Virus record (IMG/VR): IMGVR_UViG_3300021255_003058
Coordinates: 32,001 to 96,000 of that record
Reading direction: 5' to 3' (one strand)
Source of the DNA: a virus
Taxonomy: Duplodnaviria > Caudoviricetes
Length of the DNA stretch: 64,000 nucleotides
Below, in pieces: positions 23,205 to 32,631 of this stretch. Under the pieces are notes generated by a model, which did not search any database, was not told the origin of the DNA, and saw only the letters and a program-made list of their open reading frames with translations. Every line of letters starts with the position of its first letter. Within the stretch, counting starts at the first letter, position 1. A program made the translations under genes and the position numbers.

Positions 23205-24201
23205 TTAAATATTTTTAGTTACGAATAATTCTACACCATCATATTCTTTAATAAAGTCCTCATAAGATATGATATCTACATCAACCATATCCAATATTCC
23301 ATCACCGCGGTCCTCCCATATTTCAATATCAATAGTATTATTATTACCGAGATAATATGAATTACCATACTCATCATCTAGATGATGAGTAAAACGATTA
23401 GTCATCAAATATAAAAGGGCATCCTGAGAATTTATAAAACTTTTCATATTTATTTCTTTTTATAATATTTTTGGTCTTCAATATACAATTCATTAACAAT
23501 AAACATCTTACGAATAAGATATCCATTATCCGTAAATCCTTCAACAGTCCAATATTCTTTTGAACCTATTTTATATATTGTATCGTTAATGTTAAATTTA
23601 CGCTTCATTTTCTTTCTTTTTGATAACTGCTAAAAATATATTTCTATCTGAAACTTTATATGAACGCTTCAAATCATCAATTCCTGCCCCTTTATATTTT
23701 GCAGAAGGAACAACAGTGAACTTCTGATTACCACTTTTATCATAGTCAAATTTTACAACTGTTCCGAAAATAAAGTGTCCTTTAACCTTAATGAACACAG
23801 GATCTCCGAGATGCAGTTCATGACAAAAACTATCGTAAAAATTTTCAAATAATGTACTCATACAAATGCTTTATGTGAATCTCTATAACTGTCTGAATAA
23901 CCTTGTGAATAACCTGTTTCCCAGCACTTCTGAAAATAGTTCTTTACAGCAGTTAACTGATATTCATTTAATTGGTTTTCACAAACAGTATTCTGAATGA
24001 ATTTATTGAATATTGACTCTACCTGTGCTTCGTATTTCATATTATTATGATATATAATTAAACGTAAAACTCACGGAAAAAAGAACCAGGATAACGCTTA
24101 TGTAATTCGCGCATTTCTTTACGACCGGGACTCATTGCCTGATGCCATTCACCGTTCTCAAGATAACGAACTTCGTACCACTTAATTTTTTTCTTTGCCA
24201 T
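23205..24201 (-). other. Small hypothetical genes (23205-23447, 23598-23861, 23858-24040, 24058-24201)
   Basis: Coupled ORFs; the 47-aa MAKKKIKWYEVRYLENG... at 24058-24201 was read by hand. Confidence 0.65.
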
Positions 24202-24223
24202 ATTATTATTCAATTTTATTACA

Positions 24224-24289
24224 ATATTAATTCAGTTTATTGTATTACTGAATACATAAATAATATAGAACATATTTTAAAAAATTAAA
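24224..24289 (-). promoter_or_regulatory. Conserved promoter with type-B leader hairpin
   Basis: TTTAAT-N15-CTATATT then ATTCAGT-AATACAATAA-ACTGAAT; about 48 bp identical to 32538-32585. Confidence 0.75.
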
Positions 24290-24298
24290 TATTATTAA

Positions 24299-24439
24299 AA
24301 AAATTATGCTAATTTTTTAAAATTGCATTATTAGAAAAATTATGCTAATTTTTTAAAATTGCATTATTAGAAAAATTATGCTAATTTTTTAAAATTGCAT
24401 TATTAGAAAAATTATGCTAATTTTTTAAAATTGCATTAT
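24299..24439. repeat. Perfect tandem repeat, 36 bp x about 3.9
   Basis: Unit AAAAATTATGCTAATTTTTTAAAATTGCATTATTAG with period 36 and no spacers. Confidence 0.95.
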
Positions 24440-24534
24440 ATGTAATTTTTTACATACAACATGTAATATAATACATGAAAAATATTTTAATTGTCAAAAA
24501 TTTTTTATTTTTTATTAAAATATATATATATAAT

Positions 24535-25020
24535 ATGATATCAATTAAAGATTTTATACTTGAACATAATAATAAATTTAATGTTAATATGTTAGTAAGT
24601 CAATATGATAAATCAGATTTATTAAAATTAAAAGAACATGATAAAACAACAATACATAATATTGAATTTGAAATTACATACGTTAATCCAAAATATTATA
24701 AAGAAACACAATGTTCACCTATAAAAAATAAAGAATTAAAATATGGTTTATTTCAATTATTTTTATGGGATACTTGTGAAGAGTTAACAAATATGTATCC
24801 TGTACCAACAAATGTTAATAATAATGGTATTTATCCAAATTATTTTACTGATGGCAAAAATATATATGATATTGAAAATAATTTAAAACTAGTTACAAAA
24901 AATTCAAAAGATAAATCACGAATTTTATGTCATGGCGGATATCGTTCTCCAGAAGGTAAATATTATTTATCAACAAATAATTTAATTGATAAATCATTAA
25001 AAATTAAAGAATTATTATAA
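24535..25020 (+). CDS. Hypothetical protein, possible internal head protein (start reassigned to Met21 of the ORF call)
   Basis: N-terminus MISIKDFILE resembles the T4 capsid-targeting sequence; own terminator follows. Confidence 0.6.
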   Translation: MISIKDFILEHNNKFNVNMLVSQYDKSDLLKLKEHDKTTIHNIEFEITYVNPKYYKETQCSPIKNKELKYGLFQLFLWDTCEELTNMYPVPTNVNNNGIYPNYFTDGKNIYDIENNLKLVTKNSKDKSRILCHGGYRSPEGKYYLSTNNLIDKSLKIKELL

Positions 25021-25025
25021 TAAAC

Positions 25026-25053
25026 AAAGGGTTGTTTTACGACAACCCTTTTT
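25026..25053 (+). terminator. Intrinsic terminator
   Basis: AAAGGGTTGT-TTTACG-ACAACCCTTT plus T-run. Confidence 0.8.
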
Positions 25054-25222
25054 ATAATATATTTTGTTTATAATTTAAATATTATATAAAAAATAATAAG
25101 AAATAAATATAATTTATGTATTTTTTTATTAATATTTGTTAAAAGAATCTATTTTTTCTATATATAGTTATATTTTTATATAATCAGAAACAATACAAAA
25201 ATATATATAGTTTTTTATTTAT

Positions 25223-26344
25223 ATGAGTGTTACAGATGAAGAATTAATGGAAAGAGTATTAGCAGAACAAATTCCTGAAGCTCCAGAAGATGCACATCAA
25301 GGTGAAGATCACGAATCAGAAAAAGAAGCTTCTGTTGAAGAAGCACCAAGATCTGAAGCAGCAAAATATCTTGGTACAAAATTGAATCATAAACCAGGTG
25401 ATAATCCATTTGCTGACAAAGAGGCAGATAAAGAAATGATTGAAAAAAAAGGTCTTTCCCGCATTGGTGAAAACCTTAATAAAAATATTGAATATCGTGA
25501 AGGATGGTTACCAGTTGATATTGCGCTTTTAGGCAAGAGAGCAACATATTATCCTGAAGATTGGTCGTTCCGTATTCGTCCTGCAACTGTTGAAGCAATT
25601 CGTAACTGGTCAAATATTGATGATGAAAATCCAAATTCAGTAGATGAAGTTTTCAATGAAGTTATCAAGAGTTGTGTTGCTATTGTTGGCCCAAGTGGAC
25701 AACCAATTTCTTGGGGTAACTTGTCAGACTGGGATCGTTTCTTCTTCTTATGTCTTACCCGTGAATATACATTCCGTAACGGTGAGAGAAAGATTAAGTA
25801 TACTGATTATTGTCCAGAATGTGATAATGAAATTGAATTTGAATTAAATTCACAATCATTAATGTACGACTTCCCTGATGAAGAAGTAATGAAGTATTAT
25901 GATCGTGAGAATAGATGTTGGTATATCGACCCATCAGAATTTGGTATTGAAGGAGAAGAACCAATTCAATTGTATATTCCTACACTTGAAAAGGATGCTG
26001 CAATTAAAGCATGGCTTATTGCTCGTCTTCAAGAAAATCGTAACTTCAAGATTGACCAAACATTCTTACGTTTTGTTGCATGGATGACTCCAAAACTTTC
26101 AAAGGATGCAACTATTGCAGCACGTCAAATTAGAGAGCTTAACTTAAAATACAAGAGCTGGGATGAAGAGATGTTCTCATTTATGGATGATGTTATTCGT
26201 AATATTGTTGTTACACCTTCAAATAAATTGGTAATTAATTGTCCAATATGTGGAGAGGAGGTAACATCAAATATACGATTTCCGAACTCAATCAAGGAAC
26301 TTTTCTCTTACGAATCAAAGTTCAAGAAATTCGGAAAGAAATAA
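25223..26344 (+). CDS. Baseplate hub / tail assembly chaperone, T4 gp26-like
   Basis: RIRPATVE, L..WDRFFFL..TREYTF, CPEC and CPICG motifs typical of gp26-like proteins. Confidence 0.65.
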   Translation: MSVTDEELMERVLAEQIPEAPEDAHQGEDHESEKEASVEEAPRSEAAKYLGTKLNHKPGDNPFADKEADKEMIEKKGLSRIGENLNKNIEYREGWLPVDIALLGKRATYYPEDWSFRIRPATVEAIRNWSNIDDENPNSVDEVFNEVIKSCVAIVGPSGQPISWGNLSDWDRFFFLCLTREYTFRNGERKIKYTDYCPECDNEIEFELNSQSLMYDFPDEEVMKYYDRENRCWYIDPSEFGIEGEEPIQLYIPTLEKDAAIKAWLIARLQENRNFKIDQTFLRFVAWMTPKLSKDATIAARQIRELNLKYKSWDEEMFSFMDDVIRNIVVTPSNKLVINCPICGEEVTSNIRFPNSIKELFSYESKFKKFGKK

Positions 26345-26393
26345 ATATTCTATTTTATCTAAAGCTGAACAGGATATTTATGATTCTTATTTA

Positions 26394-26690
26394 TTGTTAA
26401 TTTATGCTCCATTTAGAATTGACACGGAGCAAATGTTGAAAAACTTTTTATATATATGTAAAGATTATCATATTCAGCCTTCTGAAATTAATCAGATGCC
26501 ATATTATCAATATGAAATATATCTTGAAGAAATAAAAGCAATTCAAAAACAACAAGAAAAAGAGAACGAAAATCAAGAAAAACAACAGGCGCAAATGATG
26601 AAAGGTATGAATCCTAATTCAATGATGAATAATATTAATAGAAATATGCCTAATATGAGTATGCCTAAGATTAATGTTCCAAAATTTTAA
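26394..26690 (+). CDS. gp51-like assembly protein (possibly expressed as a frameshift fusion)
   Basis: Y.I.PSEI.QMPYYQYEIYL matches the 'SEIENMxPWERxIY' pattern of the small gene following gp26-like genes; first ATG only at 26433. Confidence 0.6.
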   Translation: MLIYAPFRIDTEQMLKNFLYICKDYHIQPSEINQMPYYQYEIYLEEIKAIQKQQEKENENQEKQQAQMMKGMNPNSMMNNINRNMPNMSMPKINVPKF

Positions 26691-26695
26691 CATAG

Positions 26696-26730
26696 AAAAA
26701 GCGAAGCTTATCAATAAGTTTCGCTTTTTT
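26696..26730. terminator. Bidirectional terminator
   Basis: AAAAAGCGAAGCTTAT-CA-ATAAGTTTCGCTTTTT between convergent genes. Confidence 0.8.
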
Positions 26731-27196
26731 GTTGTATATTACTTGCCATTATTGACAATATAATTTCTGGTTTTTTGCTTATAATATTTTTCTCATCAAT
26801 TTCACCTTCTCTTGAATTGTCCCAATTATGAATAACTGTTCTTGTATCATCAAAACAATACATTTGTTCTGCAATATCAATTCCATCTTTCATAATATCA
26901 GGCAAATCCATAATAGGATTTAAATCTGCAAGAACTAATGATGATGCTAAGAAACTACCAAATCCACAAAATTGCTCAGAAACATCAGAATAATCTGGAA
27001 AGATATAAAACATACAATGTGAACGAATATATGTTATTCTTATCTTATGCCATCCAGCCCCATGTTTTCGACCAATTGGAGTATCATAAGGCCAGTCCCG
27101 CCAGTATTCTCTTCCTACTTTAAGAGCTCTTTCATAATTATCTCTACCATATAAATCACTAATCATAGTAGAAAAACAAGTTTTTTTAATTTTCAT
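26711..27196 (-). CDS. Hypothetical protein
   Basis: 161-aa ORF. Confidence 0.6.
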   Translation of the reverse strand: MKIKKTCFSTMISDLYGRDNYERALKVGREYWRDWPYDTPIGRKHGAGWHKIRITYIRSHCMFYIFPDYSDVSEQFCGFGSFLASSLVLADLNPIMDLPDIMKDGIDIAEQMYCFDDTRTVIHNWDNSREGEIDEKNIISKKPEIILSIMASNIQQKSETY

Positions 27197-27202
27197 ATTA
27201 CA

Positions 27203-27937
27203 TTACAATGTTTTATTTTTTATGATTTCTCTTAAAATTATTTCTCCATTATCATTAATTGTTTCAATTAAATATTCTGTTGTTATACAATCAATATCAT
27301 AAAAATCTGCATTATTAACTTTAAATGTTAATACAAATTTATTGTGAGTATGACCAAAAACTTGATTCCATGTTATTCCACTATTATCAATATATGGATC
27401 ACTTTTTAATGCTTCAGGACGAACCCACATTGGAGAATTACGTTTATCATTTCCAAACCAATCAGATCCAACATGTTCAAATGCTTTATATTCTATTGTA
27501 TTGATATTTCCTAATGAAGGATAACACCATTTCATAAACCAAGTCATTGTAACACCAGCATGTGTATAAATTGTTTTATTAATTTCATCAACAAAACAAA
27601 AACTTAGTATATTATCATCTATTGCTTTTGAAACAAAATCTGAAGCAAACCACGCAGTATCTTTATTATATCCAGAATATTGACCTCTAAAACTCGTAAG
27701 ATAATGCATATCATGATTACCAATTAGCATTATGAATTTACCTTTTTTAGATTTAATATGTTGCTTACGAAGTTTAATTAAATCTAACCATGCTAATTTT
27801 TGTAGCTCAGGAGCAATTGTAAATGAATCAAAATAATCACCAACAATTATAACATCATCAGGTTGTTCAAGATCATAAATATCTTTTATAATCCCAAACA
27901 TACCATGCATATCTCCTAAAACTAATCTTTTTCTCAT
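27203..27937 (-). CDS. Calcineurin-like metallophosphoesterase
   Basis: GDMHG, VGDYFD, IGNHD, THAG, FGHTH. Confidence 0.9.
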   Translation of the reverse strand: MRKRLVLGDMHGMFGIIKDIYDLEQPDDVIIVGDYFDSFTIAPELQKLAWLDLIKLRKQHIKSKKGKFIMLIGNHDMHYLTSFRGQYSGYNKDTAWFASDFVSKAIDDNILSFCFVDEINKTIYTHAGVTMTWFMKWCYPSLGNINTIEYKAFEHVGSDWFGNDKRNSPMWVRPEALKSDPYIDNSGITWNQVFGHTHNKFVLTFKVNNADFYDIDCITTEYLIETINDNGEIILREIIKNKTL

Positions 27938-27960
27938 TTTAAATATTATCTAATCATAAA

Positions 27961-28155
27961 TTATAAAAATAAAACAATTAACAAACAAAATATTATAAAT
28001 ACCCAAAATAGACATCCTAATCCTTTAATTAAACCTTTCCATAGAAATTCAAACACATATTTAAATAATTCACATGCCCAGCCAAGAATACCTAAAAATA
28101 CAAAAATTACTACTAATGATATTAAAACTTCTAAAGCAGATATAATAGCTGTCAT
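27961..28155 (-). CDS. Small membrane protein
   Basis: Two hydrophobic segments. Confidence 0.6.
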   Translation of the reverse strand: MTAIISALEVLISLVVIFVFLGILGWACELFKYVFEFLWKGLIKGLGCLFWVFIIFCLLIVLFL

Positions 28156-28178
28156 ATTCTATAAATTTTATATAAATT

Positions 28179-28245
28179 AATATAGAATATTATATATAAA
28201 ATTCAAATATAATTCAAATTTCACATAAAATTTCATGTTATAAAT
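28179..28245 (-). promoter_or_regulatory. Conserved promoter with upstream box
   Basis: TTGAAT-N15-CTATATT; upstream sequence nearly identical to 15021-15062. Confidence 0.7.
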
Positions 28246-28262
28246 GATAAATAATATATAAA

Positions 28263-28913
28263 TTATAAATTATATTTATTTAAATATGATTCTAATTTAT
28301 TTTTTATTTCATTTGCATAAGGTTTCCATTTTTCTCTCTGAATCTCATATTCAAGAGTTTCACGAGCATCAAGTTGTGCTACTTGCTTTGACAAACCACA
28401 GCATTCCCAATCAATCATTAATGCTTCCCAGTCAATAGCATCCCAACCATGTTCTAATCCGTATTCAAGATGATGTCTATTATGTGTACGATGCCATTTT
28501 TGTACTCTTTTATAATCACCTCTCCATAACAATTTAAGCCATGGCTTTTCAGCGTCATGCAATAAATACTTAGGTTTCCAAATACCAAGATTAAGAGCTG
28601 TCAATTGAAATCCGCACCAATGAGCGAACCAATATTTGAATGAACTTCTATCTTGTTTTGTAAACATTGAAAAGTTCTTATAAAAATCTAATACATCTTC
28701 AAATGATGAATATAACCAATAATCTTTATGATATTCATCTACAGCTATCCAATATTGTTTGGCTTGAGAACATTGTTCGCAAATCCATAAATATTTATCT
28801 CCACCAAATACCTTTGTAAGATATTCTACAGCTGCGGGATCGTTAAGCATATCAATAACAGTAACCTTTCCTACTCTATCATGAACTGATAATCTTTTTC
28901 TTAATGTTATCAT
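28263..28913 (-). CDS. HD-like phosphohydrolase (DUF5662-like C-terminal domain)
   Basis: H...HDAEK, WHRTHNRHH.EY, IDW motifs. Confidence 0.6.
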   Translation of the reverse strand: MITLRKRLSVHDRVGKVTVIDMLNDPAAVEYLTKVFGGDKYLWICEQCSQAKQYWIAVDEYHKDYWLYSSFEDVLDFYKNFSMFTKQDRSSFKYWFAHWCGFQLTALNLGIWKPKYLLHDAEKPWLKLLWRGDYKRVQKWHRTHNRHHLEYGLEHGWDAIDWEALMIDWECCGLSKQVAQLDARETLEYEIQREKWKPYANEIKNKLESYLNKYNL

Positions 28914-28914
28914 A

Positions 28915-29310
28915 TTATCTTGTGTATTTGTTAAAATAAATTGGTTTTGTTATTCTTTCATAATATCCTGATGGATCTGAAACATGTTGTTCAAGTTGAT
29001 GACATAATTTGTCCCATTCCTTAAATCGTTTATATTCCTCAAGATATTCATTAGGGCAATCAGGAACATACATATAAGTTCCCCATTTATGATAATCTTC
29101 ACAATCTTTGCCTAAGACCATTGTATTATCAATATCACTAAACATACGATTATCTGAAAAATAACCCTTATTAGGCTTAGTATCAAATTCAGGATAATAT
29201 GTTATATTATATTGATGAATCTTGAAATTGGGAAAGCAACAGTAGTCACCGTCCCAAAAACAAAAATTCTCACAATTGATACAACAATCTTTATGTGTAA
29301 AATCTTTCAT
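28915..29310 (-). CDS. Cys-rich hypothetical protein
   Basis: CCINCENFCFWDGDYCC motif. Confidence 0.6.
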   Translation of the reverse strand: MKDFTHKDCCINCENFCFWDGDYCCFPNFKIHQYNITYYPEFDTKPNKGYFSDNRMFSDIDNTMVLGKDCEDYHKWGTYMYVPDCPNEYLEEYKRFKEWDKLCHQLEQHVSDPSGYYERITKPIYFNKYTR

Positions 29311-29492
29311 TACATTTCTTTAATATAATTTTTTAATTCAGCAAGAATATCTAATGATCCATTGAAATAATTTATATCGCAACTTTCAATACTTGATTTT
29401 AATTGTTTTCTTGTTGTATCAATAGAATCATTAATATAATCTATTAACTGATTTTTAAATAGTTCTTTATATTATTTAATTAAATTATCCAT
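29310..29492 (-). pseudogene. Small gene with an in-frame TAA at codon 7
   Basis: MDNLIK*YKELFKNQ...NYIKEM*; reading through fills the gap and couples to both neighbours. Confidence 0.55.
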
Positions 29493-30246
29493 AAATTTTA
29501 TCAAAATATTGTAAAAGAATTTCTTTTATTAAATATGATGAATATGAATTTGATTCTTTACGCCAATGATTTTCGGAAATACGTCCAAAATATATTTCTT
29601 TAATAGTTGTTGTATATGTTTTAAAATTTCGTTCTACTCTACAAAGTGTATAATAATGCATTTCATCCATACTTTTTGTTTTTCTAGAAGTTTCTGCGTT
29701 TTGGCAAACATGATTTTTAAAATTATTATCACCTACTGCAGATTTTACTTCCATATCATATGAAGGTGTTTCAATACATACAACATCAGTTTCAACATTT
29801 TCATTTTCGCAAGATCTGAAATGATAATTACTTTGAGCTTTATTCATTTCATCTGCAAAAAATGCGTCAAAATATTTTCCATAATGAGGCATATCTTTTT
29901 TATCAATTGGACCGAGAACACTTAAAATTTTATCATCAAATATTTTTGCAACATTATGAACAACATTAATTATTTGTTCTTTAGATAATACATTACTATA
30001 ATATTTATCTATTTTTTCTCTTGTTAAAGAATCCATAGTCAGATCTTTTAACATATATCCTCTTGGAATTTTTCTATATGACGGATCACTTTTTGTATTA
30101 ATATTTTTAATTCTCAAGCAATCATCATATTCAATTAATCTATATGTATATTTATCTTCAGATGTTGGAACATAATATACAAATATTGTTTCTAAATTTG
30201 TATTATAACTTGTATAACATTCTGATGCGTAAATAATATTTTTCAT
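29485..30246 (-). CDS. Possible PD-(D/E)xK restriction-like nuclease
   Basis: TDVV...DMEVKS (D-Xn-E-x-K) motif. Confidence 0.4.
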   Translation of the reverse strand: MKNIIYASECYTSYNTNLETIFVYYVPTSEDKYTYRLIEYDDCLRIKNINTKSDPSYRKIPRGYMLKDLTMDSLTREKIDKYYSNVLSKEQIINVVHNVAKIFDDKILSVLGPIDKKDMPHYGKYFDAFFADEMNKAQSNYHFRSCENENVETDVVCIETPSYDMEVKSAVGDNNFKNHVCQNAETSRKTKSMDEMHYYTLCRVERNFKTYTTTIKEIYFGRISENHWRKESNSYSSYLIKEILLQYFDKIYG

Positions 30247-30263
30247 TTATTCAATTTTATAAT

Positions 30264-30488
30264 TTAACTTAATTTTTCTTCAATCCACTCATTAATTGCA
30301 AGTATTCCACCAACTAAAAGAAATACACTTATAACAAATATACCTAACCATGAAAATATACCTGTCCAAAATGATCTCCAAACAATAAGTTTTTTACTTT
30401 TCCAAGATTTTTCATAATGTACAGTATATACATAATAGCATACTGACAAAATAATCCAACCTATTAAATATGCAATAAATTGTTCCAT
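30264..30488 (-). CDS. Small membrane protein
   Basis: Two hydrophobic segments. Confidence 0.6.
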   Translation of the reverse strand: MEQFIAYLIGWIILSVCYYVYTVHYEKSWKSKKLIVWRSFWTGIFSWLGIFVISVFLLVGGILAINEWIEEKLS

Positions 30489-30629
30489 TATTTGTTAATT
30501 TCAAAATTCATATAATAACAATATCCAGTAAACAATAATCCAATCATTTCAAGTTCAGAAAGATCTTTAGTATATTTATGATTGGACACAAGAGTCATTA
30601 AATTATAAATCAAACTTTCTCTCATTTTA

Positions 30630-32522
30630 TTAATATAAACGAAGTTCAATTCCCTTCTCACGGGCTTTTTTCATCTTACCAGTATTTGACTCGAGTGAAT
30701 TTGTAAATACAATTTGTACCTCCTTCCAAGAACCTGTCTGACGATACTCAGGGTGACAAGCAAGGAACTCACCCTTTGACTTATAATCATTAGGTTCACC
30801 TGTTAAAATAACAGGAATCTGATTTGAAGTAGTCTTCTTAATTGCTGCATGAACAACTTTGAAATCATCAACAGTCATTCCAATTTTGTTCAAAATTTCA
30901 TTAATCTCCTTACACTCATTTGAATTTTCATTCTTGACCCACTGATAACCTTCTGTTGCAAGGTGTTCAAAATCAGCATCTCCAGTAAGAATATAACTTG
31001 CACACTGCTCAGCAACCTTTGAACCACAAAGCTTGAATGAACAAGATTTGATAATATCAGTTAGAGTCAACTGTTTCAAAACTTCCTCAAAAGCTTTCTT
31101 TGCATTTGAACCATTCTTACCAGCTCCTGCGCCAAAATAAATCTCCTCAGGAGTACATTCCAAAATATTATATTTCAATGTTGGCTCAGCTTCATCGAAG
31201 AAATTAGCAGTTGTCGGATCTACAGAAGAAATATAATCAAAAATCTTCTTAGCAGTTTCACCTCCGATACTAGGAATATTCAAACTATTTGCTGAATAGA
31301 TAAACTTTAATTTTGCATGATCCTTTTCATTAAGTACAGCCATCAAATGAATATCATCAATAAGAGTTTCTCCTTCAGGCATTGGAATTTCTCCATCATT
31401 TGCTTGGGTAACTTTGTAAAGGAAAGGAATAATATCACCAGCAAGTGACATAATAACCTTTGAGCCAATTGTTACACCTTTTGACTTTAAATATCCATAA
31501 TTGTGACCAGAACATTTCTGAACATCTCGACCATCCATATTAACTGGATTAACCCAAATAATTGGAGTATATTCTCCAGTTTTTCCAAGATTCCATGTAA
31601 TGTTTACAACCTCAGTTTCCTCAAGCATTGGTACAAACTTAATTGCAACACAGTCAGATGGACGATGCTCAGTTGTATTATTAATTCGGAAATCTTCAGT
31701 TGGCTTAATAACGATGCCATCAAGAGCAAATGGGCAATTGTGACGGTACTCAGCAAATTCATTATAGATATTTGCAAAGTCATTTTCATTCAAGATATAA
31801 CGAGTCTTGAAGAATTGTGGAGTAACACCCGAATGATAATCAGCTTCAGACATCAGAACATTAAGTTTCGTCCACTCACGATCTTTAACAATACCTCCAC
31901 TGACTTGACGCCAATCATAAATAACAATTGACAAATCATTTCTCATTGCAAGATATTCAGGATCTTCTGAATAATCACGGTTCAGAACTCCTGATACAAA
32001 TGAACGAGGATTTGTAAACTGTTCAGCATATTTCTCTTCATAAATCTTTTTACTTACAAGAACCTCACCACGGAAAACGTTATGTCCTGTAAGTTTGATA
32101 AGTGACTCAGGAATAAAACGAACAAGAGGCAATGTTAAATCCTTACCAGTTTCACCATCACCACGAGATGAAATCTGAAGTAACTTGCCATCTTTGCACT
32201 CACATTCGAATGAACAACCGTCAAACTTAGGAGTTACAATAACTTCATGACGACCAAAATATTTAGCAGCCTCAGTAAAATATTTCTTCCAATCAATGTT
32301 GCCTTCCTTATCTTTATGAATTTGTACCTTTGAAAGTGAACCCATAATGAAAGGATGAACAATTGTATAAGAAGGATTATGACGAGCCCCGACCTGAGCC
32401 TTATTCTCAAGTCCGAGTTCCTTTTCAAGCGCATCAAACTCAAAGTCAGTCATAATTTCCTGACCATTATAGTAAGCTTCCTTTGCACGATAATAAAGCT
32501 CAAGTTTTTCTTTCTTTGTCAT
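30630..32522 (-). CDS. ligA: NAD-dependent DNA ligase
   Basis: AYY...TD.EFD domain Ia, MGSLSK, PKFDG adenylation motif, SRGDG, RGE, NPRS, DGIVIK, AIKF, OB-fold GDIIP, BRCT-like tail. Confidence 0.95.
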   Translation of the reverse strand: MTKKEKLELYYRAKEAYYNGQEIMTDFEFDALEKELGLENKAQVGARHNPSYTIVHPFIMGSLSKVQIHKDKEGNIDWKKYFTEAAKYFGRHEVIVTPKFDGCSFECECKDGKLLQISSRGDGETGKDLTLPLVRFIPESLIKLTGHNVFRGEVLVSKKIYEEKYAEQFTNPRSFVSGVLNRDYSEDPEYLAMRNDLSIVIYDWRQVSGGIVKDREWTKLNVLMSEADYHSGVTPQFFKTRYILNENDFANIYNEFAEYRHNCPFALDGIVIKPTEDFRINNTTEHRPSDCVAIKFVPMLEETEVVNITWNLGKTGEYTPIIWVNPVNMDGRDVQKCSGHNYGYLKSKGVTIGSKVIMSLAGDIIPFLYKVTQANDGEIPMPEGETLIDDIHLMAVLNEKDHAKLKFIYSANSLNIPSIGGETAKKIFDYISSVDPTTANFFDEAEPTLKYNILECTPEEIYFGAGAGKNGSNAKKAFEEVLKQLTLTDIIKSCSFKLCGSKVAEQCASYILTGDADFEHLATEGYQWVKNENSNECKEINEILNKIGMTVDDFKVVHAAIKKTTSNQIPVILTGEPNDYKSKGEFLACHPEYRQTGSWKEVQIVFTNSLESNTGKMKKAREKGIELRLY

Positions 32523-32537
32523 ATTATATTTTTTACC

Positions 32538-32603
32538 ATATTAATTCAGTTTATTGTATTACTGAATACATAAATAATATAGAACTTTTTATATAATATT
32601 CAA
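32538..32603 (-). promoter_or_regulatory. Conserved promoter with type-B leader hairpin, driving ligA
   Basis: TTGAAT-N15-CTATATT then ATTCAGT-AATACAATAA-ACTGAAT. Confidence 0.75.
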
Positions 32604-32628
32604 AAAGGTAGGAATTTAAATTCCTACC
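32602..32628 (-). terminator. Intrinsic terminator abutting the -35 element
   Basis: GGTAGGAAT-TTAA-ATTCCTACC plus T-run. Confidence 0.8.
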
Positions 32629-32631
32629 CTT

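Noticed and set aside
24299-24439. CRISPR array (36-bp repeats)
   Set aside because: Units are head-to-tail with no spacers and there are no cas genes; the 36629-37543 nuclease lacks Cas4 cysteines
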